64,000 bases of DNA from Daphnia carinata. Taxonomy: Eukaryota. Position 1 is the first letter of the stretch, and every line of letters starts with the position of its first letter. The notes under the pieces were generated by a model. That model saw only the letters and a program-made list of their open reading frames with translations, was not told the origin of the DNA and made no database searches. Position numbers and translations under genes: made by a program. The DNA lies in NCBI RefSeq assembly GCF_022539665.2, contig NC_081332.1, positions 682,001 through 746,000 on the forward strand, written 5' to 3'. Positions 1 to 8,500 of the stretch are shown here, one piece after another.

Positions 1-47
1 ATGAAAGGGAAGCCATAAAAGAGAAAAAACCCTGGAAAAATGATAAG

Positions 48-1466
48 TTGAGAAAGCTGGGATTGGCCTGGGACGAGAGAAACGGGCTAATCAGGTGTTA
101 CGGCCGCCAAGAAAACTGGTTGCGGCTTAACGGTAGAGAGGCAGTAATCCTGTTGCCAGAAAACCACTATTTGACGGGCAAACTCATAGAGCAGACGCAC
201 GAACGGTTGCTGCACACTGGAGTAAGCACGACGATGGTGGAGATACGGCGGACGTTTTGGATTCCAAGACTAAGGCAAACGATCAAGAAGGAATTGAAAA
301 GGTGCATGAAATGTCAGAAACTAGATTCGAGACCTTTCAACGAAGTCCCGGCTCCACTACCGGTAGATCGACTTCAAATGGCGAACCCGTTTAATGTAAC
401 GGGGATAGACTTTGCGGGACCGTTCCCGATAAAACTGACGGCAAGAGGTGGACAAGCAAAGGCCTACATTTGTTTGTTCACGTGTGCGGTAACAAGAGCC
501 GTGCATTTAGAAATGACCACAGACTTGGAGACGGCATCCTGTATTTTTGCACTGAGAAGGTTTTTTGCAAGAAGAGGGGTGCCGAAAGCCATGTATTCAG
601 ATAACGCGAAATGCTTCACACAATCCGCGAAATACCTGAGAGCGGCGTACAAAAGTGAGAACGTGTATAATACACTGGTGGACCTAAATGTCAAGTGGAG
701 ATTCTCCCCGAGCCTGGCCCCTTGGTGGGGCGGGTTCTGGGAGCGGATGGTCCAGACAGTGAAGAGGCTATTATACAAAACGTATGGAAACGAGTGTCTG
801 GAATATGACCTGTTCCAAACGGTGTTAACCGAGATTGAAGATACGATAAACACGAGGCCATTAACGTATGTCTCTGACGACGATAATGAACCTCTAACGC
901 CGAAGCATTTGATCACAGGCTATAGACAAAATCAAAAACACCCGGTAGACGAGGAGGAGAGAGAATATTCAGACAGAATACGTCTAACCAAGCGGGAGAA
1001 AACTAGAAGAAACCTGCTAGCAAATTGGTGGGGAGATTTCTATCAAGAATATGTGGCAGACCTCGAGAAGTTCCACTGTCCAACGCCGGGTAGAACAAAA
1101 CAAGTTGAGGTGGGACAAGTGGTGCTGATACACGACGAGAAATCCAAGAGAACGAAATGGAAAGTAGGAAGAGTGGCCAAATTATACCCGGGCTCAGATA
1201 ACAAGTTCAGGAGAGTAGCAGTATTAATTGCAAATAAGGGTTCAGGGAAAGGGTCAATACCCATATACCGGGACATTAAGTGTCTTTACCCGTTAGAGTT
1301 ACACGCAGGGACGATAGACGATGACCATCAAAATACTTCACCGTTCCAAGACACTGAAGACTTGGACAGTTCGGACTCTGAGTTGGACGAGGGTCCAACG
1401 GGGGGAGTGTCGGAAAATCCGACGTCCAACACTGTCCAAGGGGACGGTGAAGAGATAGACGAGTAG
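48..1466 (+). CDS. BEL/Pao Pol C-terminus: HHCC zinc domain, DDE integrase, DUF5641-type tail (5' end lies outside the window)
   Basis: Motifs HERLLH..CMKC, GIDFAGP, CLFTCAVTRAVHLE, SDNA, APWWGGFWER, NTRPL, LYPLE, all typical of BEL/Pao integrases. Confidence 0.92.
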   Translation: MRKLGLAWDERNGLIRCYGRQENWLRLNGREAVILLPENHYLTGKLIEQTHERLLHTGVSTTMVEIRRTFWIPRLRQTIKKELKRCMKCQKLDSRPFNEVPAPLPVDRLQMANPFNVTGIDFAGPFPIKLTARGGQAKAYICLFTCAVTRAVHLEMTTDLETASCIFALRRFFARRGVPKAMYSDNAKCFTQSAKYLRAAYKSENVYNTLVDLNVKWRFSPSLAPWWGGFWERMVQTVKRLLYKTYGNECLEYDLFQTVLTEIEDTINTRPLTYVSDDDNEPLTPKHLITGYRQNQKHPVDEEEREYSDRIRLTKREKTRRNLLANWWGDFYQEYVADLEKFHCPTPGRTKQVEVGQVVLIHDEKSKRTKWKVGRVAKLYPGSDNKFRRVAVLIANKGSGKGSIPIYRDIKCLYPLELHAGTIDDDHQNTSPFQDTEDLDSSDSELDEGPTGGVSENPTSNTVQGDGEEIDE

Positions 1467-2580
1467 AAGCGGAGATGCGGGGCACTCGGAACCAGAGAGT
1501 CGGTTGCCGGGGTAAGTCCATCCTGAAGCGGGAACTAACCAAGAGGTTCCCGGTGCCGGTACGAGAAAGACCGGTAGACGGTAATAGATGGAATGTAAGC
1601 GGGACTTGATGCTATAAGCACCGACGATAGAAGTTGGAGACGCTTGACTATAATATTGAAATAACCGTACGTAGTTTACAGCTATGTAGGGCGGTCTCTG
1701 TCGAGCAAAGGCAGAAATGAATATTAAAGACGCCCGCTCTGGAGCCCGTTTTAGCCCAGAGGAAATAAATATTTAAAACCCATCGTGACTGGAGCCAGTT
1801 TTAGCCCAGAGGGAAGAGGTTGGTGCCGGAGGAGTCACCGACAGAGGATCGGCCAAGGAGAGTTGGAGGTTGGAGGTCAGCGGCAGTTCCTGAGGCTGAA
1901 AAGGGTGACGGAACAACGGTGACATCTACTCCAGCGTTGATATTCATGTTCGTGCTATTATATATATCAGTCAACGGTGTTTTGTAAATTGAGTATATAA
2001 AGGCCGGTTTTGGCCGAGTATAATACACACGAGTTTCACCGAAGCCCCCGGAGTCGGCTCTTCATTCTGCTGGTAATTACTATCAAATTTCGCTTGTTAT
2101 CACTTGTGTTGCTGCCCGTCGCAACTGGCCGTCAACTTCTGCCCGGCCGTGATAAGCTGCTTCCGCCCGTCAACCCTCTTCGTTCTGCCCGGCTCCTTTT
2201 CTCGACGGCTACAACGAAGCTGCTTTGCAGCAACTCTCATCCGGATTGAATCCTGTTTTTGCCGTCGCTTCACTTGAAGATCCACTCGACCCGGGGGCAC
2301 TCGACGCCAAGGATCGCAAGTAATCTAGCGTTTTGTTATTCGTGTCCGTCATATTGGCCGCGCCCCGTCTCGGCATCGTTTTTGAGGTCGTTGGCCTCCT
2401 GAACCATTGTCGGGCGTCGTTGCGGTCCAGTCCGCCAAGTCATAGTAGCACGGTGCCCCAACCGGCTGCCCAGACGTATCGCGGCTATTGCATTGGGTCT
2501 CAGAGGACCCAACACCACTACTTTACGCTGAGCCGGCAGACTCCGGCATTGAGAATCGCCCGGCCAAGGGGCATATCTCA
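1408..2580 (+). repeat. Putative ~1.17-kb 3' LTR of element A
   Basis: TG...CA ends, PPT immediately upstream, TATA-like TATATAAAG near 1994, and an internal 24-bp direct repeat CTGGAGCC(C/A)GTTTTAGCCCAGAGG at ~1739 and ~1789. The partner LTR is not in the window. Confidence 0.6.
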
Positions 2581-2582
2581 AA

Positions 2583-2609
2583 ACGTGATAACCGCTACAC
2601 TATGAGAAC
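2583..2609 (-). pseudogene. 5' part of a tRNA-Val(TAC) gene truncated at the element A junction
   Basis: ACGTGATAACCGCTACACTATGAGAAC matches 3660-3686 exactly; the rest is replaced by element A sequence. Confidence 0.85.
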
Positions 2610-2712
2610 GTTTAATTTATGTCACCAGCAACGGTCTTAATCCAATCATGACGAAATCAGGAAATTCCAAATTAATAGTCGTCTTTCACATTTGCTTTTC
2701 ACTTAAATGTCT

Positions 2713-2785
2713 TGTTCCCACCCAGGATCGAACTGAGGACCTTCAGCGTGTTAGGCCGACGTGATAACCACTACACTATGGGAAC
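2713..2785 (-). tRNA. tRNA-Val(AAC)
   Basis: GTTCCCATAGTGTAGTGGTTATCACGTCGGCCT-AAC-ACGCTGAAGGTCCTCAGTTCGATCCTGGGTGGGAACA folds as a full cloverleaf. Confidence 0.95.
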
Positions 2786-2853
2786 GCATTTCAGACAACT
2801 ATTACAGCCAAATATACCAACAGCAATTGACCTGATGAACATTCAACACTACT

Positions 2854-2926
2854 CGTACGAGGTGGGGGTCGAACCCACGACCAATTTATTACCAATCTTT
2901 TCCTCTAACGACTGAGCTAGCCAGGA
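2854..2926 (-). pseudogene. tRNA-Lys-like pseudo-tRNA (A and B boxes kept, anticodon and acceptor stems broken)
   Basis: GGCTAGCTCAGTCG.TAGAG ... GGTCGTGGGTTCGACCCCCAC resembles metazoan tRNA-Lys(CTT). The anticodon position reads GGT and the stem does not pair. Confidence 0.7.
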
Positions 2927-3254
2927 CACATGAACGATGAATCCTCTGTCAACCATGTATTTTTCGGTGTTTGAAATTTTCAGATTATCCGTCTAAAATC
3001 TAGTTTTCAACTTACCAAACATCCCTAAACTTATTATAAATCGTTAATGAGTTATTTCGTGAGTGAAATAAGTCTAGTTACATGTGTTCACGGCCAGGCA
3101 AACGGTACCAGCAAACGAAACCCAATACTGAATCTACCCATCGGTGTAGTAGTTCCTTTTTGTAGAGAACAATGAAGCAATATGAAATCAAAACTGTAAT
3201 AAACGTTAATGATGTTTACCATATGCATGATTTTGCGCAAAATTACAACAACGG

Positions 3255-3342
3255 GCCTCTGTGGCGCAATTGGCTAGCGCGTTCGGCTGTTACGAATTTC
3301 GTCGATACCGGAAGGCTGGTGGTTCGAGCCCACCCAGGGGCG
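3255..3342 (+). tRNA. tRNA-Asn(GTT) with a 14-nt intron (3293-3306)
   Basis: Canonical Asn body GCCTCTGTGGCGCAATTGGCTAGCGCGTTCGGCT-GTT-A / ACCGGAAGGCTGGTGGTTCGAGCCCACCCAGGGGCG, with an insertion at position 37/38. Confidence 0.9.
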
Positions 3343-3613
3343 ATGCAATGAAGTGCAAACAAATATGGACACTGCACACCGATTGCACTATCTTTTTTTG
3401 GAAGCTTCATAATTATTTGCCTATATCTTGGCCTAGTACTAAGTAATGGAAAACCACATATGCGCTAAATACAACCAGGCTGTCGTAAAGTTAGTTAATG
3501 TTGTCCCGTGGCATTCATGTCATTGATGTCAAACAAATTTGGTTGCCTTACAGACTTACAGATGGCGGTGACCTCACGAATCAATGAGTCAATCTTGTAA
3601 AATGCAAACCGAT

Positions 3614-3686
3614 TGTTCTCACCCAGGGTCGAACTGAGGACCTTCAGCGTGTAAAGCCGACGTGATAACCGCTACACTATGAGAAC
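3614..3686 (-). tRNA. tRNA-Val(TAC)
   Basis: Full cloverleaf, anticodon arm TCGGC-TT-TAC-AC-GCTGA. Confidence 0.95.
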
Positions 3687-3789
3687 GTTCAATTTATGTC
3701 ACCAGCAACGGTCTTAATCCAATCATGACGAAATCAGGAAATTCCAAATTAATAGTCGTCTTTCACATTTGCTTTTCACTTAAATGTCT

Positions 3790-3862
3790 TGTTCCCACCC
3801 AGGATCGAACTGAGGACCTTCAGCGTGTTAGGCCGACGTGATAACCACTACACTATGGGAAC
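3790..3862 (-). tRNA. tRNA-Val(AAC)
   Basis: Identical to 2713-2785. Confidence 0.95.
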
Positions 3863-3930
3863 GCATTTCAGACAACTATTACAGCCAAATATACCAACAG
3901 CAATTGACCTGATGAACATTCAACACTACT

Positions 3931-4003
3931 CGTACGAGGTGGGGGTCGAACCCACGACCAATTTATTACCAATCTTTTCCTCTAACGACTGAGCTAGCCA
4001 GGA
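3931..4003 (-). pseudogene. tRNA-Lys-like pseudo-tRNA, copy 2
   Basis: Identical to 2854-2926. Confidence 0.7.
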
Positions 4004-4331
4004 CACATGAACGATGAATCCTCTGTCAACCATGTATTTTTCGGTGTTTGAAATTTTCAGATTATCCGTCTAAAATCTAGTTTTCAACTTACCAAACATC
4101 CCTAAACTTATTATAAATCGTTAATGAGTTATTTCGTGAGTGAAATAAGTCTAGTTACATGTGTTCACGGCCAGGCAAACGGTACCAGCAAACGAAACCC
4201 AATACTGAATCTACCCATCGGTGTAGTAGTTCCTTTTTGTAGAGAACAATGAAGCAATATGAAATCAAAACTGTAATAAACGTTAATGATGTTTACCATA
4301 TGCATGATTTTGCGCAAAATTAATTTAATGG

Positions 4332-4418
4332 GCCTCTGTGGCGCAATTGGCTAGCGCGTTCGGCTGTTAGTGTAGGGTTGTTACCGGAAGGCTGGTGGTT
4401 CAAGCCCACCCAGGGGCG
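4332..4418 (+). tRNA. tRNA-Asn(GTT) with a 13-nt intron (4370-4382)
   Basis: Same exons as 3255-3342 except T-loop TTCAA; intron GTGTAGGGTTGTT at position 37/38. Confidence 0.9.
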
Positions 4419-4689
4419 TAGCAATGAAGTGCAAACAAATATGGACACTGCACACCGATTGCACTATCTTTTTTTGGAAGCTTCATAATTATTTGCCTAT
4501 ATCTTGGCCTAGTACTAAGTAATGGAAAACCACATATGCGCTAAATACAACCAGGCTGTCGTAAAGTTAGTTAATGTTGTCCCGTGGCATTCATGTCATT
4601 GATGTCAAACAAATTTGGTTGCCTTACAGACTTACAGATGGCGGTGACCTCACGAATCAATGAGTCAATCTTGTAAAATGCAAACCGAT

Positions 4690-4762
4690 TGTTCTCACCC
4701 AGGGTCGAACTGAGGACCTTCAGCATGTAAAGCCGACGTGATAACCGCTACACTATGAGAAC
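4690..4762 (-). tRNA. tRNA-Val(TAC)
   Basis: As 3614-3686 with one substitution at position 38 (C>T). Confidence 0.93.
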
Positions 4763-4865
4763 GTTCAATTTATGTCACCAGCAACGGTCTTAATCCAATC
4801 ATGACGAAATCAGGAAATTCCAAATTAATAGTCGTCTTTCACATTTGCTTTTCACTTAAATGTCT

Positions 4866-4938
4866 TGTTCCCACCCAGGATCGAACTGAGGACCTTCAGC
4901 GTGTTAGGCCGACGTGATAACCACTACACTATGGGAAC
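4866..4938 (-). tRNA. tRNA-Val(AAC)
   Basis: Identical to 2713-2785. Confidence 0.95.
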
Positions 4939-5006
4939 GCATTTCAGACAACTATTACAGCCAAATATACCAACAGCAATTGACCTGATGAACATTCAAC
5001 ACTACT

Positions 5007-5079
5007 CGTACGAGGTGGGGGTCGAACCCACGACCAATTTATTACCAATCTTTTCCTCTAACGACTGAGCTAGCCAGGA
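5007..5079 (-). pseudogene. tRNA-Lys-like pseudo-tRNA, copy 3
   Basis: Identical to 2854-2926. Confidence 0.7.
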
Positions 5080-5290
5080 CACATGAACGATGAATCCTCT
5101 GTCAACCATGTATTTTTCGGTGTTTGAAATTTTCAGATTATCCGTCTAAAATCTAGTTTTCAACTTACCAAACATCCCTAAACTTATTATAAATCGTTAA
5201 TGAGTTATTTCGTGAGTGAAATAAGTCTAGTTACATGTGTTCACGGCCAGGCAAACGGTACCAGCAAACGAAACCCAATACTGAATCTAC

Positions 5291-5563
5291 TGTCAGAAAT
5301 AACGACACCGAACTAGATTAACTAGTTTATTCGAGGCGAACACAGCGACGAGAAGAATATTGAGTTGAGTGAACGAGAGAGAGAAAATACTGCACGAGAT
5401 GGTTGAAACCGCAGGACGTCGACTGACCATTAGCAAAAAAAAGGGGGAGAGAAAGGGGCAAAAAAAGGGGGGGTAAGCGTCCAAGTTCTAGATTGCGAAA
5501 CTGTGGCGTACAGTGATGCCAAATATGAGTGAGAAAATTTAAGTCTGAATGTAATTTTCGACA
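5291..5563 (-). repeat. 273-bp 3' LTR of element B
   Basis: TGT...ACA ends; the tRNA-array sequence is interrupted precisely at 5290/5291. Confidence 0.88.
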
Positions 5564-5584
5564 TACTCCCGGCCCGAGAGTGTA

Positions 5585-8500
5585 TTATTCTTCCGCCAAT
5601 AACCGGATCCGTTCCTTTGCTGCAAGGGCTGCTTGACGTGGGGGGCGAGGTGATGGAGTTGGATCTGAAGAGACGGTTTGAATCGGATAATGTGGAGAAG
5701 CTTCGGACGTCTCAGTGATTTCTAATGGATATAATTTTGAGACGGGGCGGTTCGTCTTTCCTTCGGCGGTGCGAATTTCAGCAATGCGGGTTTCTCCATC
5801 TGGGCTGACGATGAGCTTCTCTATAATGGCCAACTTCCAGTCTATTCTAGGCCCTTCGTTGTGAACTAGTACAACGTCGCCAACCTTGGCGCTGGATTCA
5901 AAATGTTTTCCGGAAACGATGTGACGTTCGCGTAGGCTGGTTAAGTAGTCCCTCTGCCAGCGTTTCCAAAAGGACTTCAGAATGCGTTGTCGACGAGAAA
6001 ACATATTTAGCAGATGAGATGGTTTCTCGCCAAAGGTGGGGTCCAGTAGCTCTTCGTCGGTGGCTGGATCGTAGGGAAAGCGAGTTAGGCGGTCTCCGTA
6101 AAGAAGGTGAGAGGGTGTAAGTGCCTGAGGATCACGCAAATCGGATGACACGTAGGTGAGAGGGCGATCGTTAAGAATGGTCTCGATTTCCGCGACGATT
6201 ATGCGAAACTCATTAAACTTGAGTCGCGTACGACCGAGCATTTTCTTTAGAGCTTCTTTGGTGAGACCGACGAGACGCTCCCAAAAACCACCATACCAAG
6301 GGGCGCGCTTTGGGATGAAACGCCATTCGATTTGGTTGTCTGAAAGGTATTTGACGACTTCAGTGCTCTCGTAGAGTCTTTTTAGCATTCGGGCGGCGCT
6401 TTCAAAGGTGGTCGCGTTGTCTGATAGTACCATCCTCGGCTGGAAATGGTGAGTTATGAAGCTCCTAAAGGCTAAAATGAAATTAGCTGTTGTAAGGTCC
6501 TCTACCAGCTCAAGGTGGATGGCGCGGGAAGTAGTGCAAGTGAAGAGGCAAATATAAGCTTTTGATTCTTCCTGACCAGGTAGAGCTCGGATGGGAAATG
6601 GGCCGGCAAAATCAATTCCGGTCACGGCAAATGCCCTATCGCCACGGACGCGAAAACTAGGTAGACTGGCTGAGTTTGGAGCTCGGTATGGAGGTCCGTT
6701 CACCCGGCGGCAGGTTGTACAAAGTCGCACGACAGCTTTCACCTGTTGTCTGATGGAGGATATCCAAAAACGTTGGCGGATATGACAAATGGTGGAAGCT
6801 GCGCCAGAGTGTAGAGCACGTTCATGATAGAATCGTATGATGATCTCCGAAAGCTTAGAATTCTTAGGGATAAGAATAGGGTTCTTCGCGTCACTGGATA
6901 GATCAGCATTAGTTAAACGTCCTTGGCAACGAATTATGGAATTATTGTCAATATAAAGGTCCAGCTGAGATACCAATGAAGGGCGGCGTCCTCGTTTGTC
7001 ACCACAGAGGTAATCGTATTCAGCTGCGAGGAACCGGAATTGGAAGGAGTGAATCCATTTGATCTCAGCTTGATGGAGCTCATTAGTAGATAGAAATCCC
7101 TGTATCCATTTTTCTTTCTTCTGGCGAAAATTGTATAGTTGGCGGAATAAAACAGCTGTTGTTCTCTTCAAAGAAGTCCAGTTGAAACGGCTAATGTCCA
7201 TGACTTTTGCGATATCGATTGTGAGCGGAAGACGAGTTGGAGCCGTTTTGGTAGAAATGTCCATTAAATGAAGGATCTTAACTTGATTCAGCCTCGATAC
7301 GCTCCATTGTGGCCAATCTTCGCGAGATGGTAACCAAGAGGGTCCGTTTATCCAAATTGGGGATGCTTGAAGCTGTTGTAGAGTAATGCCTCTGGTTAGT
7401 AGGTCTGCGGGGTTTGATGTAGTGGGGCAATAGTTCCAAGTAGCCAGATGAAGTCGATTGAAGGCTTGGATTGTGGCGATGCGGTTGGAAACAAAAGGAT
7501 TTTTGAGTCGATCAGCTTTTGAAAGCCAATATAAAACAATTTGACTATCTGACCACATAAAAATCTCCAAAAGAATGTTAAGGGACTTGAAAGCCGTTAT
7601 GATAGTAGTTGCCAGACGAGTGCCGATAATCGCCGCCATCAGTTCCAGTTGGGGTAGAGTTAGCTGTGGAGTATTTCCTTTCAACGGGGCTACTCTAGCC
7701 TTTGACATGACGAATGCTGTATCTTGACCATCCAGAAGATACGCAACCGCGCCGTATGCTTGCTGACTGGCGTCAACAAATACGTGGAGTGAGTTCACCC
7801 GAGATCGAGTTCCAAAATAGGAACGGCGAATCTTTGGTTTTGCATTGACTAGTGCGTTAGCCAGACTGTTCCATTTGTCAGCGAAGGGAGAAGGTAATGG
7901 ATCGTCCCATTCTAGTTTTTCTTTCCAAATTTGTTGAATAAGTATGCGTGCCGGGATGGAGAGCGGTGAAATAAAACCCAGAGGGTCGTAGATGGAGGCG
8001 ACTGCTCGTAGTAGATCACGCTTCGTAGCTTTTGGCGTACAAAACTGTGGAAGGCTGAAATGTGGAAGCTGTAGTTGGTCGGTCGTGCGATCCCACAATA
8101 ATCCAAGAGCTTTTGTAAGAGACGAAGCGTCGGCTACCCCGTCAAGAATAGCGCGATTGTTAAGAGATGCGTCGCTGAATGCCCAAGAATGCAAGGATAA
8201 AGATGCAGCTTGAAATGTTGAAATAGATTCAGCATAGTAAATCGAGGCTTCAGCTGTAGTTTCACTGCCGGACATTAAGTTATCCACGTAAATGTTGGAC
8301 TCGATATCAGTACTGACGGGGGATGAGTAACGTTGTAGATGCTTCTTGATCACCGAATTTAATATGAAGGGACTGCTACTTGCGCCGAATGGAATTACCT
8401 TGAAACGATATATTGCGAAGTCAGACTCTGGATCGTTGTCATCACTTAGCCAGAAGAAACGGACAAAATCCCGATCGGCTTCGTAAAGTTGAACCTTATG

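Larger units (their letters stand above)
1..2580 (+). mobile_element. 3' part of a BEL/Pao LTR retrotransposon (element A), including its putative 3' LTR
   Basis: Integrase ORF, then a polypurine tract GGGGGGAG (1400-1407), then TGT at 1408. Non-tRNA-array sequence ends at ...TCTCA (2580), where a truncated tRNA-Val resumes. Confidence 0.85.
2583..5290. repeat. Tandem tRNA gene array, unit ~1077 bp, about 2.5 copies
   Basis: Near-identical blocks with period 1076-1077 bp, for example tRNA-Val(AAC) at 2713, 3790 and 4866. Confidence 0.97.

Noticed and set aside
2712..5068. Three identical 67-aa ORFs (MFPPRIELRTF...)
   Set aside because: They are antisense readings of tRNA genes in the tandem array, not proteins.
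2583..5290. CRISPR-like repeat with variable spacers
   Set aside because: The context is eukaryotic, the units are ~1 kb, the variable parts are tRNA introns, and no cas genes are present.
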